This document shows, piece after piece, positions 37,948-52,472 of a DNA stretch of 64,000 nt. The translations under genes were made by a program, and so were the position numbers. The notes beneath the pieces are model-generated. The model was not told the origin of the DNA and ran no database searches. It worked only from the letters and a program-made list of their open reading frames with translations. The stretch covers positions 27,475-91,474 of the forward strand of contig LWCA01000011.1 in assembly GCA_001642005.1 (NCBI GenBank), given 5' to 3'. Origin of the DNA: Intoshia linei. Its lineage: Eukaryota > Animalia > Orthonectida. Position 1 is the stretch's first letter. Every line of letters begins with the position of its first letter.

Positions 37948-40900
37948 ATGAAAAATCAGACAGAAGATGAAAAAATATTGTTGCAAACCATACCACCACT
38001 CGAAGAATTGAATATTCCAGATACATCAGATAAAAAACCGGAAACTATTCCAGAAAATGAAACAAAAAGTGTTAGTTCTAATTCAAATACATGTGTTATC
38101 GACGTTGATTCTAAAAGTATCGTAAATACGGTAAAAAAGACTGAAACTGAAAATACATTACAAAATTATCCGCAGTATGTTCCATATGTTTATCCCTCAG
38201 ATGAAGTTAGATTCAATATCATGCAATCAAATTCCTTTGAATTTGCTACAATGTTAAATTCTGTTACTAAAAATTCTCGATCAAAGTCAGAAGTTGAAAT
38301 TGTAGAGCTCTTACCAGCGGTAAGTGATGTTACTACCTTACAGGCATGCCCTATTTGCATTATACCTGTTCGAAACCCAAAATCTCAACTGTTTGGTTAC
38401 AAATGTCATCATTATATGTGCATCCGTTGCTGGCAAACATATTTTTTATCTAAACTTAACGAAAACGATGTAGAACTAATGTGCCATTCTTGCAAATTGT
38501 TGATTATTGAACCCATGCTTATTGAATTTCTCGATTACATGAGAAATTTTTACAAAGAAACTGATCCAATGAGTGAACTTCATCTCTTTACTAGCTTGAA
38601 AAACCCACATGGATTTCTGCAAAGATATCGTGACGCTTGTTTAAAAATCGGTCTTTATTCTATTCCAAATATCCGATTTTGTCCTGCACCAGATTGCAAG
38701 TATGTTTTTATTGATATATGGATTAGAGCTCTGCACGGGCCGACATTTTCGGATTTAAGTTGCCTGGGTAACTCCTTTCAATTTTTATAATCCCTATACC
38801 TATCTATATTGTTTAATTAATTACGATCAGTAGATCATGTCCAGTATCCTCTCATTTTCGATATATTAACGGTTACACATAGCCTGTAACGATGTACAAT
38901 TAGTATCAAAACTAAAAATCAATTTTGATTATACAGACTAATTTTTCGTTAACGGAATTTTTTATAAATAATGTATACATTAAAAAATTAGTTACCAATT
39001 GGGGTTCAAAATTATATTCCTGGGGTATGTGAAATTCAAATAAAATATAGAAAAATTTTTAATATTTATTACAGTTTCTAGATTTATCCCAAAGCCCCGG
39101 AGACCGCCACATTATTATTTCAAAAATCTCAGTTTGAACCCACCATTAATAAAATTTAATAAAAAAAACTATTTCAATCCTCAAGGAAAAATTGACTTTT
39201 TCCTGTTTTTTTTTGAAAAATCCGATTTTACCAACCCTTAAGGGAAATACCCTTTTTCCAATATTTTTTTGAAAAATTTGGTTTTACTGAAACTTATGAA
39301 AAATATCCACTTCCCCATTCTGGGTCAAATCAAGTCGAATCAAATATTTTTTTTAATTTTCGGACTGTTAATTATTTCGCATTTTACGTTTTAATAAAAT
39401 ATTTCGGAAAAAAAAATATATGAATACTAAAGTGCTTTTTTGACCGTGAAGGCGTCACTTATTCGGATTGAAATTATTTGTGTGTGTTAACAGGATACAA
39501 CTGTACCACCTCTAAATTTTTTTAAATTCTAGTGCTGTTTTCATTAAAAAAATGGTAATTTGTGGTTTTGGCCCTGAAGATATATTTTTTTAAATTCTCT
39601 AACTTGTTTGATTTTAAAAATAAGGACAATGGGGCTTTTTGATCCGTAATGTGAATTTGGCAGGTTCAAATTTATCTTACTAACACCTGTGGAAAAAACT
39701 GTAATAAAAAATAGAAAAAATGTGAACTTTATAAAATTGTAAGACACAAACAAAGCATATTATATAAGTAAGGATATGTTATGTATATAAAACTATTTTT
39801 GTCTGTTATTGTTTATTTCAATAAATAACAATTCGACAATATTAACAAACACAAATTCCAAGTCAGATTTTTACGGTAGAGAAATTAAGATAAATTTCAA
39901 TCTCAGAAACTCACAGCTTACTGGTCAAAAACCACAATTATTCTTTTTTGAAAATTAAATTAATTCTAGAATTTAACAAAATATACTTGATACAAATTTT
40001 AAAATCATGAATATTATCATAACTTTAAAATTCAAAAAAATATATCTTCAGGTCCAAAACACTAAATTATCGTTTTTTCAAAAAATGAAAATAGTCCTAG
40101 AATTTTATTTTTTCTGAACTTTAAGCTATTTATGAAAACTTTTAGGATTCTACTGTTTTTACTTATTGCTACGATTATACATTCATTCTATAATAAATTT
40201 AAAAACTTGGATCACAAATTTCTTTACACAAATGTAATTAACAAAACATAATTAAGTGGGAGTAATTCACGTTAAATTAAAAGTTACTGTGAAATGAAAG
40301 GTCCATGGTGAAACGAATTTGGGATCCACTCTTTTAAAGGATTGATAATCGTAAATGTAGCATTGTTAAGTAAGATTTTAGTATTGAATTTATTAGTATA
40401 TAACAGAAAATCTAGTAGTTATATTTTATTTTGATAATACATTTTAAGGGTTATTCTATGCTTACTTTGTAAATATAATGTATATAGTTATGCTGTCGTT
40501 GTTGATAATGTTAAAAAATGTCCAACAGTAACATGTGCAATCGAAACGTGCAAAACAGTATTTTGTTCGATATGCCGTGACATTGAACATAAAGGAGTGA
40601 CATGCAGAGAATTTTACCTCAAAAAATTTCCTGATGAAAAACCTGATTGCTTTGAAAATCTAAAGGCTTGTCCCAACTGTCATATTCCTGTATTGAAAAT
40701 GGAAGACGGTTCTTGCAATCACATGTTGTGTGATTATTGCAAAAAACGATTTTGCTGGTTGTGTCTTACCCCTGCTAATGATATGCACTTTTTCAGGTAA
40801 CTATTTTTTTGTATGTTTAAATATAATTATAGTCCTACTGGTTGCACCCTATGGGGAAAAAAAACTTGGTCCAACAAAAAGATTGGTCTCGTGTCTACTC

Positions 40901-41552
40901 TTATTCTCGTATTCGCTCCTGTTGCAATTACATTACTATGCGCTCTATCTATACCTTTTTTGCTCTTGATTATACCAATCTTTACCGCAACTCACGTAAT
41001 TTTTCTAATTATAATAAATAAATCATTGGGAGTCCCAACAATCTTAAAAGTTTTCTTAGAGCCAAAATCCATATGGATCAGTTCTAAGTCTAAATCAAGA
41101 ATTAAATAGTTTATAATTCTAAAAATTAAATGGATTCATTTCATCACATTATAAATACACTTGATTACTTTTAGTTTGGACCATCTATTACAATGAAATC
41201 ACCACGCCAAAAAATTTTTAGAAAAATTCTATTGGTAGTTGCATCTATTCTCGCTTCCCCGTTTGCTACAATGTGCATAATTGGTATTATTGTTTTATTT
41301 CATGTTTATTTGTTTAGTAATTGCATTTCCCCTGCTCTTTGTGTACATATATATTTTTGTACCTCACACTTTACTAAAGAATCGAAATCAAAATAAAACT
41401 GACCAAGCTAGCAATTTTATATTCACAGACAACCCAAAAGATCCAAGTAAATATAAACGTATTCGTGTATATAATATTTAGATCGCATAATAACCACAGC
41501 CAAAGATGGGAACATACCAGAAAACTTTTTGTATGTTCCATATTATAGGTAA
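37948..41552 (+). CDS. RNF19: RBR E3 ubiquitin ligase, RNF19 (Dorfin) type, with C-terminal TM segments
   Basis: RING1 CPIC...CHHYMCIRCW...CHSC; IBR RFCPAPDC|YAVV...CP...C...CKTVFCSIC...H..VTC; RING2 KACPNC...KMEDGSCNHMLC..C...FCWLC...HFF|SPTGCTLWGKKTWS (RNF19 signature), followed by hydrophobic helices. Confidence 0.9.
39140..40110. mobile_element. Stack of repeat fragments in an RNF19 intron: satellite-like module plus two oppositely oriented Helitron-like copies
   Basis: 39140-39310 matches 53650-53760. 39345-39775 matches 6120-6633 and ends TATATAAGTAAGGA. 39890-40110 matches 30490-30720. Confidence 0.65.
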
Positions 41553-42151
41553 TGTATAGACATGTAATTAATGTAAATTATGATAATTTGATATGCAGTT
41601 TTTAAATAATTTTCTCAAAGAGCTGATAAAATTTGTTCGAATTGATAGAAAATTTTATTTAAAAAATTTAACAAGGGTAAAATAGTTAAGGGTTATGCAC
41701 GAAAATGATTGAAACCAGCTGATATATACTAAGGGTAATTATATTGCGCCTTCTAAAAAAGAAAATGAAATAATTTTTTTGAGTATTAAATATAACAGCC
41801 TTCATCAATTTTTTTAAATCGCCCTTCAGAATTAATTTGATGAGTTATTTTTAAATTTAATTGCATTGAATTAAAATAGAAACGTTTTTGATTCTTGAGA
41901 ACCCGTAAAAAAAATGTTGCGATGTATCATGAATGCATGAAATGATGCATCAGCACAAAAGCAAGATAAGTATAATTTTTTTATGGTTCATAAAATTAAC
42001 CGAAAATTTTTCCTTGCCAATTAATAAAGATTAATTACTAAATTTAGAACAACTCAAATGCTACACGATGCAATAATAAATTTAGGAAACCAAAAAAAAA
42101 GAGTTTCATCATGATTATCATTTTAAAAAATTGTATAATTTTAATTTTTAA

Positions 42152-43175
42152 TCATTGGCTGTTCATAAACTTGTTCATTTTGCGTATGATGTATCGAATA
42201 CTTATTGACGGTTTTACGGTAATTGAACATTTGATTGCTAAATTTGGTAAAGGAAAGTTAAAAAAAGTTACCTTGAGAAATACTGGACCAAAAAACACGT
42301 TTTTGTAAAATTTTGTTAAATTGAGGTATAAATGATTTTTTAGTGTATAATTCCTGCAAAATAGGCTCAATGGTGTATTTCAAGTATTCATTAAGTTTGC
42401 TTGATTTAATAATAGTAATAGTGTGTTTATCTTCATCGATAAATATATCGTTTGGTAAGGTATCAGATAAAATCTTAAAATAAGGTTGATATATATCTAC
42501 AAATTTGGAATACGATCCATTAATAATTTTTTCCACTTTTTTTGTATCTTCAGCAAAGTAGGTTCTTACGTCTCCGCCATAAGATAAATTTGATATTCTT
42601 TGGAATATATTTCGAAATAAAAATGTATTTTCTTTTTCTATACTGAGCATCAAAATTGCTGTAGATAACGCCATAAATCTATTTCTATGAATAGCAAAAG
42701 ATAAATCGCACTTTTGTATATTAACGGGTTTGTCAACATTGAATTGGTGCAAGTCAAGGTTTTTAATTTGTGGTGTACTATACAACATTTCAATTGGTTT
42801 ATGAAACCTACCACTAATATACATGTTCTTCCATAAAAGTAGATCATCTTTGAAAGAATTGCTATCGATAACACCATATTTAATGGAATGTCCGAGGAAT
42901 TGAGATCCGGTATTGAAATAAACCTTTTCACCGCATCTCTGAAGCGTACTAATTAATTTTGGTCCAAATAGTTTCATTAAACCAGAATAATGTTGGTGAT
43001 TTTGTTGAATGTTTTCTTTGTGCCAAGATAATGAATCATTTACGCATATCATCATATCAATCATTTTTTCTTCAACCTTACTGTTTTGTTGGAAAAATCC
43101 AGATCCATATCCGCATATTAAATTTGTGTTTGTTTTTGGAAAAATTTTTACTATTTCTCTCCTAAAAATGTTCAT
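42152..43175 (-). CDS. TAMM41: Mitochondrial phosphatidate cytidylyltransferase Tam41, 2 exons
   Basis: GYGSGFFQQ, MIDM, WHKENIQQN..HYS, VYFN, KYGVI, DLLLWKNMYISGRFHKP, LSYGGDVR..FAED..KV..I; last exon AIKC...YIIRKMNK ending TGA at 42152. Confidence 0.95.
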
Positions 43176-43305
43176 TTTTCAAATAATGTACTAACTCAAA
43201 GTTCCGTATCCTTGATCAATACGTTTATCTATGGAGATAATATTAAATTGATTGAAACTTTACTGTTACTTTTAAATTGATTCGATTCATTAATTTTACA
43301 AAATA

Positions 43306-44991
43306 ATGGCAGAAACACAGCAAATGAGATCAGTTTTTGGTAATTTTGTAATTTGATAATATTGTATTGATATTTAGTTGGTAATATTCCATATGATGCC
43401 ACAGAAGACCAAATGCGTAATATATTTAGTTCAGCTGGTGTTGTCACCAATTTTAGGTAATTATTAAATTTTTATGCCTAAAATATATGTAGATATTTAA
43501 TTTTTTTGATTCATGTTTAATTAATAAATTTTATTTTCGATTTTTCATGCGGATATTAGCTTAGTATTTTTATTTCAACTATGGAGTCATTTAATTGTTT
43601 TAGTCTCTTCTACATACCCAAACGTAGCTTTCAAAGATTTTTAGTGGCTTAGTGAAGCCAAAAAGTCTTTAAAATGAGATATTGTTAACGATGCATTAAC
43701 ATTTTATATTTAGAATTGTGTTTGATCGCGACACTGGGAAGCCAAAGGGTTATGGATTTTGTGAATACCAAGACGTCGAAACGGCACAGAGTGCTGTAAG
43801 AAATTTTCGTAATTTACAATTTAATGGCAGACCCCTCCGAATTGGATTTGCTACCGGATGTCAAAATAACAATAACGATATGTCTGGTTTAAAGTTGAAG
43901 ACTAATATTTATTTAATTATATTTAGGTCACCACAAAAATTTAACCCCTGAGGTATTAAAACATTTTAATGTCCAATTTTGATAATTTAGGGACAATATG
44001 GAGCACGCGTGGAACCTGAAATGATCCATCACGCCATTTCTAAGACTGTTTCATCTTTACCACCAGAACAAATGTTTGAATTAATGAAACAAATGAAAGT
44101 ATTGATTGTATTTGCTCATGTAATTATCTTATTAGTTGTGTATCCAGAATAATCCAATGGAGGCACGAAATTTGTTAGTCAATAATCCACAATTAGCGTA
44201 TGCTTTATTGCAAGCTCAAGTTATAATGAAAATTGTTGATCCGAAAGTGGCTTTGGTAAATACGTTAAAATTATAATATTTATTTTGAAGAATATGCTGC
44301 ATCGTACGAGTGACAGTGTTCCATTTACTCAATATGCTGAGCAAGTAATTTTCATTTTTGTTTATCCTATTAGAATTTTAGTTACCAGCCCAATCTAATC
44401 CCAATCCTACATATCCAAATCCAGGTACACTTTTGGTACATTTAATGTATATTTTTTAGGAATTTCTCGTAGAGAACCAATGTATGATAATCCACAAATT
44501 CCGATCAATACTACTCCTGTCGCTATCAACCCTGTTCAAGCAAATGATCCATATGTAACTCGTGTTTCTTCTCAAGCATACAATAAGGTGTCACCCATGC
44601 CTGGGCATAGACCAAATCCTATCGAATCAAATAATTCTGATGTCAACAGAGACAGAGACCCTCGTATTTACAGATCTCATCAAGGAGATAGAGAAACTAT
44701 TTATCGACATAGTGTGGCACCAATGAAACGGCAAAATGACGAACTTGGTCCACAACCATTCTCGGTTTATTATGCACATTATTATGATTTATATCGTTTA
44801 GAGACCCAGAGTTGAAAGAAACCAAAATGTGCAACCAGAACACGTAAAAACATTTAAAATTATGTTTTAATCCATTTTAGTCAGAACTTTTGTCTCGTGT
44901 TCTAAGTATGACAGAAGAAGAAATAAGGCTACTTCCAGTAGATCAAAAACAAAGCATTATGTCTTTACGAAGCAGTTATCATGCTAAATAG
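43306..44991 (+). CDS. CSTF2: Cleavage stimulation factor 64 kDa subunit (RRM, hinge, C-terminal domain)
   Basis: RSVF|[21 protein letters not shown]...[17 protein letters not shown]; hinge [21 protein letters not shown]|[31 protein letters not shown]; [27 protein letters not shown]; TAG 44989-44991. Confidence 0.95.
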
Positions 44992-45153
44992 TTGAAATGA
45001 ACTAGTTTTAATAAATTCATTTTCATTTATTTCATTGATTATATTATCATACTTTTACTTTCAATACTCTTATTCTGATCTAAATTCTGCATGAGTGTCA
45101 GGGTTAGTATAATTTATTAATTTAACTTTATTAAATTTTTGAGACTTAAAAAC

Positions 45154-48100
45154 ATGTTCGAATATGAAGTAAAATGTATGTTTTCAAGTTTTAATATTTA
45201 GAAAAATCAACAATTGTCTGCATATGCCAACAGTTATTTGGAATCAATGTGCAATTTGCAAATTATGTCGGAGTCTTTCGAGAGCAGACAGACTGGAATT
45301 GTTTGTACCATTGGTAAGAATTTTATGTAATATCGTTGATAAATTTCGTCTTTTGCATTTAAATTAGTCACTTTAAGGTCATTTAATCCATAATTGTCGA
45401 TTTTTTTTAAAAGTTGTAATGAGGAATTATTTTTTGCATTTCTATTTCAAAAAATATAAGTATGCGTCACTCAATTTTTAAAATAATAATCTGGTCTATT
45501 AGATAATTTAGAACTTTTCATCAAAGTTAAAAAATATTTAGAGATTCCATATATTGATCTTGTTTCAGTTTAGATGTCAAATATCAAATTCTCAAAATTT
45601 CGCTGATAAAAAAAGACTACAACTTTGTTTTGTAACCACATATTTTTGTGATTTCATATTTTATATGAATTATAACACGTGAAAACATTACATATAATTT
45701 ATATGATATAAAGCGCCATTTTTAGTCAAAATTGAAAAGTTTTCAAGCAAAAATAAGTATTATATACACCAGTTATGGAGCCTTTAAATGTGGACAATAT
45801 TTATTTATCTTTATTCCTCAATCGTGTAGACATCAGTAGCGGATCTAGATGTGGTGCAGTGGCTGCTATACCATTGGTGTGACAAATGTGCCCTAAAATA
45901 TTTTAATTTGTGTATTAACATTGTGCAAATTTATAGGATCCATCGTTTACGTTTTATGTATATAGTGAATATAATAAATAATAATGATCATTAATCTATG
46001 TATTATTTTTTATACTAATAACATCAGTTTAAATTAAATTATTGGACTTAACTTTGTTCATAATCGAAAGAGAACCTGCCGAAAATGTCGATTTTGATGC
46101 AGTTGAATCTTCAATATTGAAAAATTCAGTAGAATAAGAACTAGAAAAAAATATAAATTATTATTATAGATAGAAACATTTAATAAACATAATATACAAT
46201 TCCCATTTATATACATTATATGCGTTTGCCCTCCCCCCCTGGCTGAAAATCCTAGATCCGCCACTGGTAGAAATCCGATCCATCAGTACAAATGTTATTT
46301 AAATAATTACATCATATTAGTGTACCAAAAAGCTATCTTTGATTATTAACGAGTTGATGTATGACTAAAAAATCTTATTACTTTGAAGCTGAAATTTGTA
46401 TTTAACTCGTCAATCAAAAACAAATATATCTGCTTACTTTGTCACCATTTAATGGATTTAAATTAAATTACGTTTCATTCCTTTTAACCTTTATGTATAG
46501 ATATATCAATGTCACGTTTAATTTATTGTGAGAATGACATACATTATCAAATTATTGTAATAAATTTCAGCAATTGAGAATGTTTGCAATATAAAAATAC
46601 TTAATCTACATTTCTCATCCATGAAAAATTAATTAAAAAAAACTCCACTTTTTATTTTGTATATTGCTTTGTATAAACATACAACTGTAAATCCCCAAAG
46701 TGAGTCACAAATATATATATATACTATTAGTCTAATAGTGAGTGTTTTCAATTACCTGTTAGTAACAAGTTGTTACTGTTATTCAAGTTTTTAAAGAATC
46801 CACTCATATAACCAATAATTATCTTAAAAAAACTGTGATACTTTTGTATGTTATTTTAGGTATGTATTTTAAGGATTTTAACACTTTAATCATATGACAG
46901 AATAATTTTTGTCCTTAAAAAATAATTGTTAGATTATATGTGTTGTGAAATAAAATTCGAAAAATCTCCCCCAAGGGGGCGATTCGACCACCGTTGAGAA
47001 CCTATTTTAAACTGAAATAAACTATTCTGATTATAACTACAATTTAGTGCAGGGATTCTTACACTTTTTTCACGGCGAATCATTAAAGTGAAATGACTAG
47101 ACCACATTAAAAAAAATATGTAAAAAACGTAATGGGAGTAACTCCTAATTAGTAAAAATTTTTCTAAAACGATTTTGGCGAATCAGCATTTGGGAAACTG
47201 GTTTAGTGGATGGTCCCTCCTATGAATGTAACTTCGAACTGTAACATTTAAATAACTCAAACTAATGTAATTTGAGTAATATATACAATCTTTTACGGAT
47301 CCATATTATAATCCGTGAATTACATGGATTTATGTGGACCCATTTGGCAAACGTTGTTTGAAATTCTAATACACTTAAGATATTATTGACCTTGTGTATT
47401 CGAATTTTTCCAGCACTATACTGCCTAGCCAATTTATTTACAATGTTAACCCCCGAGTCTTGGAAATTATTTCCTTTTGTTGAATCAAAATGTACATTTG
47501 TGAATTTTGTATTTAGGACCTGTCAGCCGAGATGTAGAAAAGCTTATTCAGCTAATGAAAGCAGGAATGACCATTGCGAGAATGAATTTTTCCCATGGAA
47601 CACATGACGTTACATTTGAATTTTTTAATATATATTTATTTTAGTACCACCGTGAAACGATTAATAATGTCAGAGTTGCTGCTGCAAGGTTTGGTAGACC
47701 AATAGCAATTGCCTTAGATACAAAAGGACCTGAAATTAGAACGGGTATTTTAAAAGGAGTAAGACTTTTTAATTCGATAATACTAATTCTTGATATGATT
47801 GGATAATGGTACAATTTACTCACATGGATTTTAGGGCGTAAACACAGAAGTAATTTTAACAGCAAATTCGAGAGTCAAAATTCACACCGATAACAGTATG
47901 ATGGAAAAATGTGATGAATCTAACATTTGGTTGGATTATAAAAACATAACTAAAGTTGTAAATATTGGAGATTGTATTTATGTGGACGACGGTATCATGA
48001 CTTTACGCGTTGAAAAAAAAGGTTGCTTTTAAATAGTGATTATGTATATGTATTTAAAGATAACACTACATTGGATTGTACAGTAGTTGGCCCAGGAAGG

Positions 48101-49746
48101 TTATTATTTTTTGAAATGTGTAATTCAAAGTCTGTTAATTTAGTTTGGGCTCTAAGAAAGGTTGCAACTTACCAGGAGTTGACGTGGACCTTCCAGCTGT
48201 GTCAAAAAAAGACATTGAAGATTTAAAATTTGGTCTAGAAATGGATGTTTATATATTTTAATATTATACATGATTTTATAGGTGGACATGGTTTTTGCTT
48301 CGTTTATCAGAGATAAAGGAGGCGTTAAAGCCATTAAAGACATTTTAGGTGAAAAAGGCCAACACATTATGATAATACCCAAAATTGAGAACCAACAAGG
48401 AATTAAAAAGTAATTTAGTTTTCATTAGGGTTTCTTTAACTAAATTATTCAATAAATAATTTTGTCGTCACGGCAAACGGACTTAAAATATATATTAAAA
48501 AATTTAAGCACACAAGTTTAGAGAAACCCTGATGTACATGATAAATTCAAACGTTTTCACCGGGTAATGTTTAATAAGTCAGTAGGTAACATTTAAAGTT
48601 ACTAAAATGTAAGTTTTGTAAATAGTACTTTAAAACCCTTTGGCCCCTCAAAATTTTTTTTATATAAAAATGTAAAGGTCCCTGTATGAATTTGTTGATC
48701 CACTGTAAACTAGTTAGAAAGATGTTATTTATAGTTTCGATGATATTCTTGATGTTTCTGATGGAATTATGGTGGCACGTGGAGATTTAGGAATTGAAAT
48801 ACCTATATACAAAGTATTTATGGCACAGAAAATGATGATTTCAAAATGTATGTTAAAAAGAAAACCTTCCATCTGTGCTACTCAAGTACTTTCTAATTTT
48901 CAATGTTAAATTATTTTTAGATGCTAGAAAGCATGGTTAGCAAACCAAGGCCTACACGAGCAGAATGTAGCGATGTAGCAAATGCTGTATTGGACGGAGC
49001 TGATTGTGTCATGCTTAGTGGTGAAACAGCTAAGGGAATATATCCCGCTGAAACTGTTGAAATCATGTCTAAAGTATTTTTTTATAAACATTTTACAATT
49101 TTTTTAGATATGCTGTGAAGCCGAAACGGCATCTTACTACAGAAGGTTCAAGGAAGAACTTACGTCTTTGCATTTAAAGTCTGGTCCAGTCTCACCAGCA
49201 ATTGCAGCAGCCGTTTCTTGTGTTAGTTAATTATTTTGACTTTGACTTATTTTTTTAGGTTAATGCAGCTGACAGCATCGATGCAAAACTGATAATTGTA
49301 ATGACTACCTCTGGACAGTGATTTTTGTTGTAATAATGTTATTTTTCTTCTAGATCAGCTACATTTATTTCGTCATTAAGACCCAGGTGTTCTATTATAG
49401 CAGTTACTAGAAATGCGCGTACAGCTCGACAACTTTTGTTGTACAAAGGTTTATAGTTAACATTTGAAATTAATGTATAATTTAGGAATATTGCCACTTC
49501 ACTATCAAAGTAGGTGACTATTATTCATTTTCATAAATTTTAGATGAGCGCGCCAATGAATGGCTTAATGACGTCGACGGTCGAGTGGTTTGGTCGATGA
49601 AGTGGGCCATAGATAATAAATTATCAAAAAAAGGAGATTACGTTATTATTGTAACTGGATGGAAAAAAGGTTCTGGAGCAACCAATACTTGCCGAATTGT
49701 TCAAGTTCCTCAAGATTTTTCGACATTTCATTTAGTTTCTCAATGA
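45154..49746 (+). CDS. PK: Pyruvate kinase, many small exons
   Basis: [10 protein letters not shown]|[71 protein letters not shown]|[48 protein letters not shown]; TGA 49744-49746. Confidence 0.97.
45834..46266. mobile_element. hAT-type MITE in pyruvate kinase intron 2
   Basis: TIRs CAGTAGCGGATCTAG / CTAGATCCGCCACTG (14/15); TSD GTAGACAT / GTAGAAAT (7/8). Confidence 0.85.
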
Positions 49747-49763
49747 TTTGTAAGAATTAAACA

Positions 49764-51897
49764 TTATTTAATCAATCGTAATGTCATTTCAACCGCTTTT
49801 TCTATACAACTAATAAAATCTTTAGCACTTCTCTCATTCTTATACGCAGTGATATTGACACCACATTCTTTATCCGTTATAGAATATCCAATTCCGTATC
49901 CGTTTGGTGTTGTTGGTGCAAAACTGCCCAATGTCATTTGATTACCAAATGACACTGTGGAAGTTGACATAATATGCTTGCTATTGTATATGTAAGAATC
50001 GTCTTCAAATCTAAACAAAAATGATTAACAATTGATCAATGTTCACATGTCCAGTTTTAGACCCCTTTTTTGAGCGTAATAATTCATTGCAAACATGTGT
50101 CTGTCATATCCTTGTCCAAGGGTGGCATTTTTGGCTAGTTGCATATGTTTTATGGAGCAATTTTTCATTAAAGTTCTCAATTCAGCATCTGAGACATCTT
50201 TTTTAATTGCAGATTTACAAAATTTTTTCGTTTCATTTGTACAAGATCTGATAGTTTCAGTTCGCCCTAAATGAATATAATTTAATAAATATGGTAGATG
50301 ACCTTTTTTGAACGCCGCTGTAGAGCAAGATTCATATGTAGGAACACATATGCCATTTTGGAGAAACATTGCCAATTGAAATATCATTTGCATTACCGCG
50401 TCTGGACTGAGTGAACTTTTTTTTATCAAATTTTTGTTTAAATTCAGTTCAGCGTGGCAACTGTCCAATAGATTGGTACGATCTAGAAAAGATTGTCGAG
50501 ATTTATTTATACGATCGGTCATATTTTCATCGAGTTTAAAGTTAATTTCAGAAAAATTGGACACTACATTTTTATCAAAGGATGCATTTATACAATTATG
50601 TTGCAATAATTTGTCATTCTGACTAGCACAAAAATCACTGATAGTTTTGTAAAAATTTACCACTGCAATTCCGTCTCCCCATGAATGTTCAAAATGAACG
50701 CAATTTTCGCCGCCAGGTTCAAACATTAGAGTAAAAGATTTATCAAACCATAAATTTCCTGGTTCGTTGTGGAGAAACAATTTTGTGAGCAATTCAAAAT
50801 CTTTTACAGTTGTTGAGTTTAGGCTAACACAATAAAGAGCGGAATCGATTTGCTTTAATGATTGAGAATTTGTGCCCAACTGTGACAAATATTGTCTGTT
50901 TTCGGCCCAGGTATTTCGTTCATCACCAGTTAAAACTGCAATTTCGTGGCTTTTCTCACAATTATCAATTGCTCCCACAATTTGAGACAACGAGTTAAAT
51001 ATAACGCTGGGCAGTACAATTTGGTAATTTTTATCGAAAATGTCGAGTTTATAAATTTTTCCATTTCTAAGAACACAAATGTGCTTGGGTTTATCGGTTC
51101 TCCATGAAGATAAAAGTTTGTCTCTGTTCTTTTGGGGAATTCTTGTGGAAGCAAATAAATTTTCGTATTGACACATATCGAGTGGATACCCGTTTTGTAA
51201 GTAACTCGAATACCATGAAAATTTTCTTGGTGTCATGCGCGTGGTCCAATTATAAAAATTTTTCATAAAATTCGATTTATTAGTCATATGAAAAACGTCG
51301 GGTTCCAACTTGTAATGAAACAACGAATTTTGAAAAAGGGCACTAGCATAAATCATATTTGAAGCATTCACAAGCTAAAACTAAGGAATTATATTATTAT
51401 CCAATACCATGTGAGTTAGACCAGCTTTTTTTTCCGTTTTGATCCCCATAAAAGGATTAAAATTTAGCACTATTGGGGCTCGACTGCATAAATACATTTC
51501 CGACCATGGACCTATTTAGTTGACAGTGTAGTTTTTAGTCTTTTATTTATACCTGCAATATAACTAGTGTCGACATTTTCCTTGACAAAATCTTGGCAGA
51601 TACCGTTCAAAACTATAATATTTATGATGTACAAAACCGACAGAATTTACCGGATGCATCTTTTGAAGACAAAAAATTCATGGCAATTTTGTTCGTTTTT
51701 TCATAGATCTCATTGGATAATAAAGGTTTTAAAGATTTCAAATATCTTTTGCATGTATCTTCTAACTTTGGAAGAGGTAATAGGGGAAGCGATTTTTGAA
51801 AGTGATAAGTGGGTATTACTGCTTTATGAATAAATTCAGTACTGTAAAAACAACATTGCAAAGATTTGAAACTTTTTTTTCTCAAAATGTTAAGCAT
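49764..51897 (-). CDS. CPT2: Carnitine O-palmitoyltransferase 2, mitochondrial
   Basis: PTYHFQKSLPLLPLPKLEDTCKRYL, YPLDMCQY, WFDKSF, catalytic HFEHSWGDG, TYESCSTAAFKKG|RTETIR, GQGYDRH, STST, GSFAP...GYGIGY. Confidence 0.96.
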
Positions 51898-52472
51898 TTC
51901 ACAGCATAAATATTAAATAAATATTTTTATCAAAGCTGATTTCATATATTTTTTAAGCTATGGTTTCCAATTTATTGTTTTAGATTTGAAATGTAAATTA
52001 CATATATATTTAGATCGGTGACTCTAAGAGTCAAATTCACTTTAAGTTTGTAATTGAAATTTGGTGTAATTGTATCGCTTCGACCGACTCAAGTCGAACC
52101 TTCTAAATATGAGCCATAATATACTGAGTTAAAAAATAAAATAAAGAAATTAATCTAACAAGTATAATATGTACTAAGTACCTTATTAACTAAATTATCT
52201 TATCTTATCTTAATATATACTTGTAGTTAGAAATTTTAGCCCTACTACGAGTAACAAAAATTAACGGGCATGTTGAATTTGGAAAATGGCGCTTGTGCGG
52301 GGTGCTAAGTCAAATTTAATTAAAATTTGGGATCACAATGGCCCCGAATACCTGAAAGTGTTATGCGGATAAAAGGGTTGATAACAGCTGCTTTACATCA
52401 CATAGGTTGTTTGGAAATGTTTATTTTATTAACGAATTTATTAGGCAAAGGTGTGAATTAATTAATTATGTA

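Noticed and set aside
48426-48531. About 106-bp mini-MITE in a PK intron (TAGGGTTTCT...AGAAACCCTG)
   Set aside because: The TIR match is short and the putative TSD only 5/8; plausible but too weak to list as a feature.
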